Shown here piece by piece: positions 10,504-21,199 of a stretch of 64,000 nucleotides of DNA; the first letter of the stretch is position 1, and the number at the start of each line of letters is the position of its first letter. Source of the stretch: a virus (Duplodnaviria; Caudoviricetes); IMG/VR virus record IMGVR_UViG_3300037067_004891, positions 128,001 through 192,000 of that record, one strand, 5' to 3'. The position numbers and the translations under genes were made by a program. The notes under the pieces were generated by a model. It was not told the origin of the DNA. It made no database searches and saw only the letters and a program-made list of their open reading frames with translations.

Positions 10504-11469
10504 TTAATCAATATCATTTATAAATAATTCTGGGTGTTTCTCATACATATACCAAAGAATATCACTATCTAACACGTTTGCTTTATTTTCATACATTTTT
10601 TTATATTCACTATGTAATGCTATTATTTCACATGCACTGTAAATGTGTTTGAAGTACATTTCTTGCCAAGGAAAACCAGTCATAGGTTTATAATGATAAA
10701 CATCTGATAATTTAATTTTTTTCCCCGCTAATAATTTCATCAAAAAATTACTCTCATGTAATCCAATTAAAAGACATTTTTTACAAATCCATTTAAATGG
10801 ATTGTTTCTTGTTGTATATAATTGCCAAGCGAATAGATGTCTTGCATACATTGGATAATGAACATTCATCGCAAATTTTTGTTTTTTATTCGCTTCGACA
10901 TTTATATCACCAACTTTTTCTTCGGGTGATACTTGTGTTAAACCAGTCCACTTATATAAAAATTTGTCATATAATACTGACCAAGGTGCTACAAATATCA
11001 TATCGATGAAACAAAACATAATTGACCAAAATAAACTTCCTTTTAACGCTTGCATCCACATCCACGTATCTGGTGTGAGTTGAAATTTTTTAGAAATTTT
11101 CCATCTTAAACCTTTTATGATACGCTTCATATCTTCTATATCATTATTTATTTTAAGTCCACAAAGCGCACTAATTATTTGATCTCTACTAACATTTTCA
11201 CTTTTAAAATTCGGATATCTATATGCTTGAATATATGGTTTTCCTTTTTTATCTATTTCATTTGTAAAACATGATAAAATTCCTTTCCTTAAACATTTAT
11301 CACCATATGCTATATATGCCCAGCCTGTTCTCCATAATGCATCACCATTTTCTTTACTATTTTCTTCAGAAGTATCCCAAATATAATTATGATCCACCAT
11401 CATATTTTTTTGGACATAATTATAATTATTTGGATTATATTCTTTATCAAATGGTGTTTTATGGTTCAT
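10504..11469 (-). CDS. Hypothetical protein
   Basis: 321-aa Trp-rich ORF. Confidence 0.65.
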   Translation of the reverse strand: MNHKTPFDKEYNPNNYNYVQKNMMVDHNYIWDTSEENSKENGDALWRTGWAYIAYGDKCLRKGILSCFTNEIDKKGKPYIQAYRYPNFKSENVSRDQIISALCGLKINNDIEDMKRIIKGLRWKISKKFQLTPDTWMWMQALKGSLFWSIMFCFIDMIFVAPWSVLYDKFLYKWTGLTQVSPEEKVGDINVEANKKQKFAMNVHYPMYARHLFAWQLYTTRNNPFKWICKKCLLIGLHESNFLMKLLAGKKIKLSDVYHYKPMTGFPWQEMYFKHIYSACEIIALHSEYKKMYENKANVLDSDILWYMYEKHPELFINDID

Positions 11470-12352
11470 AATGTGATATTAATATTTTTGTTTTAATATA
11501 TATTAAAAAATAAAAAGATTTTAAATGATGTATACGAACTACCACTAAACAGAAGTTTCGGAGATTTTTTGTGATTCACACATAAAAATAGGAAAAAATA
11601 AAAATATTAATTTTAAGCCACCTAACCAACTCTTACGTTGTGCATCATGACACAAGCTCACCGTTCTTTAATTGACGATTAATCACCGTAACTTATGCGG
11701 TGATTGTGATGGTTTTTCACCGCATTCTTATTTTGAATCTTAATTTATAAACATTCTAAAAAGGAAAAAACGATACTACATATTAAATAAATAACATATA
11801 GTACCGAAAATAATCTAAATATGGAAAATAAAAATATAAAAATCATAATTATATTATCATACGTTCCATCCATGTATACCACCTTGGTATCAACCATTTT
11901 AAAAATCCCAATACAAGTGTTGTAAATGAAAATGTGTATGTAAAAAATTCAAGATACACTGGTATGAAAATACTAATTAAGATCAATGATATAATAAATA
12001 CTAAAATCATTACTCCAAAAAAAATATGTTTTCTTTTCATTGTAATTTATTATTTTTTATTTCCCGTTTTGGGGTTATCGTTTTGGGGTTTCCTATCCAC
12101 ATCACGAACATTCTTTTTCCATTCGTCTTTAGGGCAGTAGTTGTAACCCATGTTTAGATAACTTTCTGTTTTTTCTTCTGAAACTCTAATAATTTCATTG
12201 TTTTTTTTCATTGTTTTCATAAAAACTCAATTATTTTAATCTTTATAGAATGAAAAAAAACAAAAGTTTGAAAATTTTAACAGGTTTCTAAACAGTTTTA
12301 AAAGTGTGCTTTGCTGAGTTCTTTTTTATTTTTAATTTTTCTCACTTTATGT

Positions 12353-12697
12353 TTACTCAGGAAAATAAATTACATGGATGTGATGTTTTATACAATCAAA
12401 CAATTCTTCATCATCTTCTGGTAAACCAAGCCAACCAGCAGCATATTCTTCTGAATAATCACTCCACAAACCCATAGCATCTCTTAAACCAGTATTTATG
12501 TAACCATTTTTGATTAACACCTTTTTTATTCTTTGACATTCATCCAATTCATCCAGTCTATACTCTGGTAATTCATCACCACCAGATAAAATGGTGCTTT
12601 TACTAATACCAATAATGTTTAACAATTCATCAGACATTATGAGTGCTGTTGAATTATCAACATATTTTTGTAAGTGTTCAATTAATTTTTCTCTCAT
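12353..12697 (-). CDS. Hypothetical protein
   Basis: 114 aa, WSDYSEEYAAGWLGLP segment. Confidence 0.6.
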   Translation of the reverse strand: MREKLIEHLQKYVDNSTALIMSDELLNIIGISKSTILSGGDELPEYRLDELDECQRIKKVLIKNGYINTGLRDAMGLWSDYSEEYAAGWLGLPEDDEELFDCIKHHIHVIYFPE

Positions 12698-12786
12698 TTT
12701 AATATATCTTCAATTTTTAACTTCCTAAATGATTGTTTACACGACATAATCATTAATATTTATATTTTCTTTCATAAATCACGTTG

Positions 12787-13251
12787 TCATTTTATATTTA
12801 TTGATTGTAATTTATTTCGTCTTTGAATTTTTTTTAAATTTTTTTCATCTTTTATATCACTTATTTTCAAATTATCGGGAATAACAGCATTCAATCGATA
12901 TGTTAGTGTTGTTTTGGGAATTTTTGTTATAAATCCACAATAAGTTAAGAATGTTAAATGTGATGTAATAGTTGATTTATTCAACCAATAAATAAAATCA
13001 TTCTGAAAAGATTGTGAAATATTTATTGAATCCCCTATTTTACACTTATTAAATAAGTCAAATATAATTTCTTTGAAATTAACTTCTTTTCCAAAAAAAT
13101 ATACATTTAGTTCTTTCTTCGCACGGGACGTATACGAATAATTATTATATGATATACAATCAGGTGTTATACAAGCACATAATACTTTTAATAATTTTTC
13201 TAAGTCTGAATCTATTTGATGCTTTAATTCCATTATAAATATTTTAAACAA
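12787..13251 (-). CDS. Hypothetical protein
   Basis: C-terminal RRNKLQSI tag. Confidence 0.55.
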   Translation of the reverse strand: MFKIFIMELKHQIDSDLEKLLKVLCACITPDCISYNNYSYTSRAKKELNVYFFGKEVNFKEIIFDLFNKCKIGDSINISQSFQNDFIYWLNKSTITSHLTFLTYCGFITKIPKTTLTYRLNAVIPDNLKISDIKDEKNLKKIQRRNKLQSINIK

Positions 13252-13305
13252 AAATAATAAAATTAAATTAATATATATAATAATTAAAAAAAAATCATTA
13301 TTTGA

Positions 13306-14184
13306 ATGAGATACATATTATCTTTAAATGAATATCGAAATCAACTTGAAATACCTTTTTTAAAAAGTCAACATCCTATACATGATAAACCAACTCATGT
13401 ACACATTATAGACAGACTGGAAGAATTATCTAATGAGTTGAAAATTAAATCAGAAACTTTCACCTCTGATTGGGATAGACAGGATATAATAAAAGCTTGG
13501 GAAAATGAAGAAAATAACGCTTTCACATATTTTAAAGATGCCGATATAGACAGCGAAACAATACAATATCAATTTAATGCAGGATTCTTAGAAAAATACA
13601 GTCCATTAGATAACCCCGAATATTATAATGATGAAATTAATAATTATATAAAAGAACATCCGAAAAGTACACTTAAAGATATTACAGAAGAATTCAAGCT
13701 ATTATATGATTTACAAGATTTTCTTATTAAAGATAATCCAGATTTAGAAAAGATTGATAATGATATAAAGATTGATATTTTTTATGAAAAATTACAAGAA
13801 AATAACGTCTTGGATATTCTAATTGATGAACAGGATGAAAATGGATTAATACCTATTTATAGAGCTGTCTCATATAGCAAGGGTGGATTTGTAGATGCTT
13901 ATACACAATTTAAAAATTTCAATGGTGTGGGTTTATTTTGGTCTTATAAAGAAGAAGGTGCAGAACCACATAGCGGTTCAAGAGAAGATTGTTATGTATT
14001 ATATGGAAAGATTAAACCAGAAAATATAAACTGGGATGCAACTGTTTATAAATCTGCTTGGAATTTGAATTACGAAAAGGAAGTTGAAGTTGAAGGTGGA
14101 AGTCCAATACTAATATATAAAATTACAAAATATGGTAGCGATGAGGGTATAACATTAAAAAAACCACTTGTAGTTAGTGTTTAA
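13306..14184 (+). CDS. Putative R-S-E clade ADP-ribosyltransferase-like virion protein
   Basis: IYRAV...GLFWS...EKEVEV triad; N-terminal ILSLNE motif; TAATATATA upstream. Confidence 0.45.
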   Translation: MRYILSLNEYRNQLEIPFLKSQHPIHDKPTHVHIIDRLEELSNELKIKSETFTSDWDRQDIIKAWENEENNAFTYFKDADIDSETIQYQFNAGFLEKYSPLDNPEYYNDEINNYIKEHPKSTLKDITEEFKLLYDLQDFLIKDNPDLEKIDNDIKIDIFYEKLQENNVLDILIDEQDENGLIPIYRAVSYSKGGFVDAYTQFKNFNGVGLFWSYKEEGAEPHSGSREDCYVLYGKIKPENINWDATVYKSAWNLNYEKEVEVEGGSPILIYKITKYGSDEGITLKKPLVVSV

Positions 14185-15020
14185 TGTTTATTTCCTATTT
14201 TAATAATTTTATCTTGAAAATATGTTCTATACCAACATGCATCTCTTTTTTGAGTTTCATCTAATGTACCTTTAAATATTACGGTTTTTCCTCGTTCTAT
14301 TTTTTTAGATTGTTCTTTAAGCAATTCGTAATTATCTTCTGAAATATCATCTATTTCGGATGATGATTTTCTCGGTTTTAATGGTAAGGCTGCTCCACAT
14401 TTATCACAAGCCCATTTTCTTTGCTCTGTAAAATCATTAATAGGTCTTTTCCACCAATCAGGTTTTTTTTCTATATCAAATCCCTTTACACCATCCAGTA
14501 ACATTGATAATGCACCAGCAACTTCACAGAAAAATCCACCATTCGGATTTATAGTACCTGACCAAGTGTTTTGAATCCAACAATTTTCAATATATTCTTG
14601 TCGTTTAACTTCATCTTCAACAACCGATTTACTGGATACCAGAATAGGGGTATGATATATATTACCTGAGTGAGAATTTAAACAAAAATAACCAAAAGTT
14701 TTTTTATTAATTTCTTTGTATTCCTCGTGTTTAAAATAATTTGACCACAAACCTCTACGAGATTGGGGGGTTATGTGTTTTTTTATAATTCTACATAATT
14801 CTGGAAATTGTGGATGTAAAGTAGGCTGTCCACCCATTACACCAATTACACCATTAAAAGATTTTAATGAAATAACAGCTTTTTCGAAATAATCGACATC
14901 CATGAAATATAATTGGTCTTTCCTATAATGTCCTATAAGTCTTGTACAATTAGAACATTCTTTATTGCAATGATTAGTGACATCAATCTGCATTATTGAC
15001 ATTTGACGGATGTTTCTCAT
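14181..15020 (-). CDS. Radical SAM protein
   Basis: CNKECSNC (CxxxCxxC), GGQPTLHP, additional C-terminal Cys residues. Confidence 0.9.
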   Translation of the reverse strand: MRNIRQMSIMQIDVTNHCNKECSNCTRLIGHYRKDQLYFMDVDYFEKAVISLKSFNGVIGVMGGQPTLHPQFPELCRIIKKHITPQSRRGLWSNYFKHEEYKEINKKTFGYFCLNSHSGNIYHTPILVSSKSVVEDEVKRQEYIENCWIQNTWSGTINPNGGFFCEVAGALSMLLDGVKGFDIEKKPDWWKRPINDFTEQRKWACDKCGAALPLKPRKSSSEIDDISEDNYELLKEQSKKIERGKTVIFKGTLDETQKRDACWYRTYFQDKIIKIGNKH

Positions 15021-15618
15021 TGAATACTATTATATTTTAGATATTCTTATATATTAATATTCAGGTTTTATATTCACCATTATTCAGCATTATACTGTTT
15101 AAAAATTATATTTGCTTCTACTTTTTAAGAAAGAAAGAATTTTTCTTCGGATGAACAAACGTTTAAAAAAATTCATTCCGATAATATTTAATAACATCTG
15201 TTCATCTTCCATATATCTTGTTGAACAGTTATCGCTTTTATTCATTAACCATTGAAGATCAGATTTTTGTGCTTCCATGTTTTTGTTTTTATAAAATTCA
15301 AAATTATTTAATTTTTTTAGTCAGTTATCGAGTGTTATTTGTCTCATCCTTTCTAATTTGGTATTCTTTCGACTTATAGTTTAACAATAATAGTGATTTT
15401 ATAAATGTTTTATAACCTATCTCAATAAGAAATATCATAATTATATTTCATTTTTATATTTAAAAACAATAATGACCGACTAAAAAAATTTCATCAAATA
15501 TAATAATTTTATTTTTAATTACTTATAAAAATAAAATATTTTTTATTGGAAATATATTAGTTGTTAATCAACATGTTAACAACTTTAATCGGTTACTAAT
15601 GGTTTATTATTAATATTT

Positions 15619-16035
15619 TTATGCTTTCGTGAAAATTACAAAACCATCTTCCAACATATCTTGGGTGAAGTCTCTAATCATATAATTAGGAAAATAATAT
15701 ACTTCACTATCAGTACGACCTTCATCAGTCAAATCACCATTATCAGCATAGTCATAACCATCCGTAATCCCAGGTGCAGAAGTCAACCCAAAACCAGCAT
15801 CACCCATATCTTCAAAATAAATATATTCAGAATTACCATGAACATCTTCAAAATATTCATAGAATTTACTTTCTTCTATTCCACCTTCTTCTTCAACATT
15901 TTTCTTCCCGTCTTCATTCAAAAAAATTTTTAGACCGTCTTCAACTTTTTCGATGTCTAAATATCTATAATGTTCAACATTACTGCCAGCATTTTCATTT
16001 AGGTAAAAACTATCATAATCTTTTATGTGATTCAT
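15619..16035 (-). CDS. Acidic putative virion protein
   Basis: N-terminal HIKDYDSFYLNE motif. Confidence 0.5.
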   Translation of the reverse strand: MNHIKDYDSFYLNENAGSNVEHYRYLDIEKVEDGLKIFLNEDGKKNVEEEGGIEESKFYEYFEDVHGNSEYIYFEDMGDAGFGLTSAPGITDGYDYADNGDLTDEGRTDSEVYYFPNYMIRDFTQDMLEDGFVIFTKA

Positions 16036-16082
16036 AACAATAATTTATTTTTTATTATATATAAAAAAATAAAAATATATTT

Positions 16083-16420
16083 TTACACACTTAGTAATTC
16101 TTTTACTATCTGACTGGATATTTTGCCATCTATTTGAGAAAATTGTGGATTCTTTTTAATATTCCCCATTACTTTACCCATATCTTTCATACCACTATAA
16201 CCACCAGTCTGTATCAAATCAGAAACAATTTTCCATGTTTGTTCCATATTCAACATTTTGGGTAAATACGTATCAAGTACGTCCATTTCATACGTATTGG
16301 AAAGTTCTTTGGCATTATCATATATTTTTCTAATAACCTTACTGGCTTCGGTATCACTTAAATCCTTACCAATTCTACTGAATTCTCCAATTATAACTCT
16401 TAATAGAGTTAATTTATATT
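16083..16420 (-). pseudogene. GatB/YqeY-domain gene, 5'-truncated at an IS end
   Basis: Frame reads KLTLLRVIIGEFSRIGKDLSD...YLPKML...MKDMGKVMG...DGKISSQIVKELL, with no start codon before the IS hairpin at about 16432. Confidence 0.75.
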
Positions 16421-16424
16421 TTTG

Positions 16425-17402
16425 TGAAAGAAAACCACGAAATCTTCAGTTTCGTGGATGAATTTCACTCTTATATATTAATTTTAAATAAAAATGTTTA
16501 CAAAAAAACCATAAAAATGTAAAATATGACTTAAAAGATTTAATATATTAGTTAAAATGAAAATTATATTTAAGTCATATAAATTTAAATTAGAACCAAC
16601 AAAAGAACAAGAAATATTGTTGGCTAAACATTTTGGTGCAGCTCGTTTTGTTTTTAATCATTATCTAAACAAAAGAAAAGAAAGTTATCTTGAAGATAAG
16701 AAATCACTTAATTATTATGACAATTCTAATGATTTAACTAATCTTAAAAAAGATGGTAATTATATTTGGTTAAAAGAAATTAACAGTCAGTCACTTCAAT
16801 CATCTTTAAGAAATTTAGATACTTCATATATGAAATTTTTTAGGAAAGAAACTAAATTTCCAAGATTTAAGTCAAAATATGACAGACAATCTTTTAAGAT
16901 ACCTCAGTCCGTTTTAATAGAAAATAATAAATTAATAATTCCTAAATTCAAAGAAGGAATTAAAATAAATTTACACAGAAAAACCAATGGTGAATTGTGT
17001 TTCGCTACTATATCAAAAACAACTACTGGTAAATATTATGTAAGTATAACTTGTAAAGTGGAATATAAACCATTTAATAAAACTGGTTCAAAAATAGGTA
17101 TTGACACAGGAATTAAAGATTTAGCAATATTAAGTGATGGCAAGGTGTATGAAAACATAAAGTCACTCAAAACCAACTTAAAGAAGTTAAAATATGAACA
17201 AAGACAATTATCCAAAAAGATAAAAGGTTCATCGTCAAGAAATAAACAAAAACAAAAACTTGCAATAATACATGAAAAAATAACTAATGTTAGAAAAGAT
17301 TATTTACATAAAGTTTCAACTGAAATTGTCAAAAACCACGACATTATATGTGTTGAAGATTTAGCTGTAAAAAATATGATGAAAAATCATTGTTTAGCTT
17401 AA
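16425..17402 (+). mobile_element. Truncated IS200/IS605 (IS1341-like) element
   Basis: Subterminal hairpin AACCACGAAATCTTCAGTTTCGTGGAT followed by tnpB; right end missing. Confidence 0.8.
16557..17402 (+). pseudogene. tnpB: TnpB, C-terminally truncated (no zinc finger or RuvC-III)
   Basis: YKFKLEPT HTH start, GIDTGIK, VEDLAVKNM; stops at NHCLA. Confidence 0.88.
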
Positions 17403-17419
17403 CATATATATAAATATGT

Positions 17420-18523
17420 TTAAAATAATTTGAAATTATGTTTTTCTTCTATTTCTTGTAAAAGTAGTATGTAAAATTTAATAGTACTTTCGATATCTTC
17501 GATAGCTACCATTTCATTAGGTGTGTGCATATATCTAAGAGGAAAAGCAATAGTTCCAGAAACAACACCGCCGTTTGAAATATAATAACTATATGTATTT
17601 GTTCCCCCAGCTCTATGTATGTCTAATTGAAATTTTATTTCATTTTTCTTTGCAACACTTTTCATGAGATTTAATAAACCATGATGAACATCCGAACCTT
17701 GGTTAAATACTATACCATCACCAATTTTGAGTGTTCCATATTTCTGTTTATCGATAAGTGGTGTTGATGTATCGAAACACATGTCAAAACATATAGCGAC
17801 ATCAGGTTTAATTGTTTCTGTAATCATAGCAGCACCCCGAAGTCCAACTTCCTCTTGAACAGTATTAACAACATATAAATCAAAAGGCAATTTTATATTT
17901 TTTTCTTTTATTTCTTTTAGAACAGTTAATAATATAAAACCACCTATTTTGTCATCTAATGATTTTCCAACTACATATTTATCATGTAAAATTTCGGGTT
18001 CTCTATCAACAACAATAAAATTACCAACTTCAACACCAAGTTCTTCAACATCTTTTTTAGATATAACACCAAGATCAATAAACAAATTATCCTCAGTTGG
18101 TTTATCTGGATTATCCTTTTTCTTTAAATGAATTGGAATCTAACCAAAAAAACCTTGTACTTTTTTTATACTACCATCATCATATCTTTGGTTAGTTAAT
18201 ATTTTTATTTTTTGTCCAATAGTTATATCATTGTCTGTTCCACCATTACGAACAATACTAATATACCCATCATCATTTATAGATTTGACAATCCAGCCAA
18301 TCTCATCACAATGTGCATCTATAACTACTTTTTTGTGAACAGGATTACCAATATCGTCACCAGTACACGTTCCCTGTATAAATGCAGCTACATTACCATA
18401 ATTATCTTTTATAATATTATCTGCATATTTTTCTGCTTCTCTCATCCATAATTTTTGAGCCTCAACTTCATATGTTGAAGGAGAATCTGTTTTTAAATAG
18501 TCTAATAAAAGTTTTATATTCAT
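17420..18523 (-). pseudogene. M42 family aminopeptidase with one in-frame TAG (18140-18142)
   Basis: AHCDEIG, LDDKIG, QEEVGLRGA, YMHTPNE; both ORF-track halves are in one frame: GFFG*IPIHL. Confidence 0.85.
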
Positions 18524-18778
18524 TTTATATTCATTTTATATTCATTTTATTTTTATTTTTGGCCAGTTTTAATATACCCGTTAACTACAAAATATGATAT
18601 TAATGATACCAAGGTGTATTGCATAACAAACAACGAGCTTGTCCACGACCACCAACATTTGATATTAATTTTGGATTAACACAAACACACCATGTAAGTC
18701 CATCATCATCAATAATTGTTTTTCTTTTACCTTTATTTCAAGCTATTTGTTTTTGATTTGTAATTTTCAATCTTATTT

Positions 18779-19309
18779 TTATTCAAAAATATATTTTGGT
18801 GGTATATTATCTGTTAACCAGACTCCGTTTTCAGATAAAAAAAAATCATAACCATCTTGTACCATCGTATTGCAATTTATTTTCAATATAATAGGTTCAC
18901 CGTGTCGAATTCCAACATCATATGCTGTTTTTTCATCAGGTGACAAATGAACATATTGTCTGTTTCTTTTATCAAGACCAGATTTTAATATTGATGATAA
19001 AAACCGTTTAGATGTACCATGATATAACACAACTGGTGGAATTTCCTTTTTGAAATGAATATCAATGTTGACTGAATGCCCTTGATTTGCTCTTAACTTA
19101 GTTTTATTTGAGTCAAAAGAAAATCGTTGTTTATCATCTAAAGCAACTATTTCTTCTATCTCAGACATACTTATATTTATATTTTTTAATATATCACTAA
19201 TTAAAACCCAACCATCTTTTTCTAATTTTAGATTTGCTTTTTCTGGATTATGTCTGAGAATATAAGACAAATATTTGCTTTTATTTATTATTGATTTATT
19301 ATCGAACAT
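18779..19309 (-). CDS. kptA: RNA 2'-phosphotransferase (KptA/Tpt1)
   Basis: SKYLSYILRH, DKQRF, RANQGHS, LYHGT, VHLS, NGVWL. Confidence 0.95.
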   Translation of the reverse strand: MFDNKSIINKSKYLSYILRHNPEKANLKLEKDGWVLISDILKNINISMSEIEEIVALDDKQRFSFDSNKTKLRANQGHSVNIDIHFKKEIPPVVLYHGTSKRFLSSILKSGLDKRNRQYVHLSPDEKTAYDVGIRHGEPIILKINCNTMVQDGYDFFLSENGVWLTDNIPPKYIFE

Positions 19310-19364
19310 TGTTTTTTAAACGTTTTAATATATTACAAAAATATAGTAATTTGTTTTATAAAAA

Positions 19365-19390
19365 CCCTCACTTTATGAAAAAGTGAGGGA
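19365..19390. terminator. Intrinsic terminator hairpin
   Basis: CCCTCACTTT-ATGAA-AAAGTGAGGG; the A-tract on its left is a U-tract on the minus strand. Confidence 0.6.
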
Positions 19391-19445
19391 AAAAGATGAA
19401 AAATCACTAACGATAAATTCATCAAATTAATTTAATTCTGATATG

Positions 19446-20231
19446 TCAAGCTTCTTTAGCCTCTATTGTGAGAGATTTTTCAACTGTTTTTTCTGGTGTA
19501 ATTGATGTTGTCCACAATTGAAATTGTTCATTAAGTCTATCTCTTAGAATAACAATTGAATTATAAACTTGATTAGACTCACCAATTTTTGTTAAAACTT
19601 TTGAAAAAATCTTGAACTCTTTGTTAACACCAACAGGTTGATATTTATTTATCAAGTGATATAACAATATAATATTAGAGATTGTTAATTCTGTTGTAAT
19701 ATCATCTGTTTTGGTAGATTTGTTATAAATGGTGTCATAAAAATAAAGACCTTCTTCAAGTAATCTTAAATATTGAAACACTTCATCAGATGTGTATTTT
19801 ATTTTACGATTTAATGTTTTATAAATAAAATCATATTCTTCGTATGTAAATGTGATTTTATATTTCATTTCATTGATATGTAATGAAAACACATTATATA
19901 AATAATTCGCAATCTTATAAAGTTTGTCTCTACCACCATTTGGCTCATTAGATAATGTTTTCAAATCGTCTTTATCTGCCGAATATCGTCTAATTAAATT
20001 TACAAGATTTTCTCTTTTGCTGTAAAAATCATCAAGAACGATTTTATCTATACATTTACTTCCATGTTCTTTAATAAAATTTTCAGATTCTAAATTTTTC
20101 AATTGTATTCTTTCAAATTCTAAATTGTTGATTACATCAAAATTTTCATCGACATTGAAAATTTCAGTTGATGAAAAATCAAATTTTTGTAATGATTCTA
20201 TTTTTTCTTTATTTTCACTCATTTCGTGCAT
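19446..20231 (-). CDS. Hypothetical protein
   Basis: 261-aa ORF in the minus-strand gene run. Confidence 0.65.
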   Translation of the reverse strand: MHEMSENKEKIESLQKFDFSSTEIFNVDENFDVINNLEFERIQLKNLESENFIKEHGSKCIDKIVLDDFYSKRENLVNLIRRYSADKDDLKTLSNEPNGGRDKLYKIANYLYNVFSLHINEMKYKITFTYEEYDFIYKTLNRKIKYTSDEVFQYLRLLEEGLYFYDTIYNKSTKTDDITTELTISNIILLYHLINKYQPVGVNKEFKIFSKVLTKIGESNQVYNSIVILRDRLNEQFQLWTTSITPEKTVEKSLTIEAKEA

Positions 20232-20240
20232 ATTTATTTT

Positions 20241-20654
20241 TTAAACATCTTCTCTATTAAGACTCAAAGAACGTTGTGTTTCTAATGCTCTTTCAACATT
20301 TTCATAACCATGTTTATTAACAAGCCCCTGAGATACCTGAATATTTGGTTTTGAAAATTTAATATCACCTGTATTATGATTGATAGTTATTTTATCAAGT
20401 TCTCTTTCAATGAGAATGTTTTTAATATCATCTGTTAATGCATCAAAATAATCTGGATTAATAGTAATTAATATTTCCGATTTTAATAAATAGGAATATT
20501 GCTCGGCTAATTTAGCAATCTTTATTAATTCTTTTTGTTTTGAACAACTTAGGTATTTATATTTTATTGTAATTGATAAATTGAGATTTGATTCAATACC
20601 TAAAACATAATTAATAATCTCTTGATCTAATTCTTTAAATTTTCCTGTATCCAT
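20241..20654 (-). CDS. Hypothetical protein, possibly an inactive phage metallopeptidase fold
   Basis: ITIN...FDAL...ILIERELDKI resembles LIxHELxHI without the His residues. Confidence 0.4.
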   Translation of the reverse strand: MDTGKFKELDQEIINYVLGIESNLNLSITIKYKYLSCSKQKELIKIAKLAEQYSYLLKSEILITINPDYFDALTDDIKNILIERELDKITINHNTGDIKFSKPNIQVSQGLVNKHGYENVERALETQRSLSLNREDV

Positions 20655-20699
20655 TTGTTTGAAGTTTTTTATGATTATATGAACAATAAAATAAAAAGT

Positions 20700-21149
20700 T
20701 TATAAAATTACAAATAAAATCGAAAATATAATTACAGAAATAAATATAGAAGAAAAAAAGATTAATCTTCTATTTGCTCTTTTTAAGAGATCAAAATGTT
20801 TATAACTTATAACTATTTTTACATTATATTCATCTATCATAACAGTTTCAATAAGAGCAGATATTTCCAATAAACCAATTGTCATAAATGTTTTATCTAT
20901 ACTGGTTAAATCTTTTTTTATCAGTTCATTTAAATATTTACTACCATAATGATAAATATTGTGCTGCTCATCTATTGGTACATTATATACTTTCCACATT
21001 CTATTTATCCAATCAATTCGAATATTATGTTTTTTATATAAGAAAACTTTGTTTTCTTTCAGTATTTTTTTATATTGTTTATATAATATTCTTTTTTTGG
21101 ACTTTTTAATACCTTTTGTACTTTTTTTAGATAAAATTATATCATTCAT
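20700..21149 (-). CDS. Hypothetical protein with C-terminal TM anchor
   Basis: Hydrophobic C-terminus. Confidence 0.6.
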   Translation of the reverse strand: MNDIILSKKSTKGIKKSKKRILYKQYKKILKENKVFLYKKHNIRIDWINRMWKVYNVPIDEQHNIYHYGSKYLNELIKKDLTSIDKTFMTIGLLEISALIETVMIDEYNVKIVISYKHFDLLKRANRRLIFFSSIFISVIIFSILFVIL

Positions 21150-21199
21150 ATTAAAAAATATTTTTATATTTATATTCTAAAAATTATATATTGTTTTAA

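Noticed and set aside
16557-17402. TnpB as the array effector
   Set aside because: It is truncated and tied to an IS end. The intact 60680 TnpB is also a self-contained IS insertion. Only the 63010 ORF has Cas12f-type motifs and an adjacent repeat remnant.
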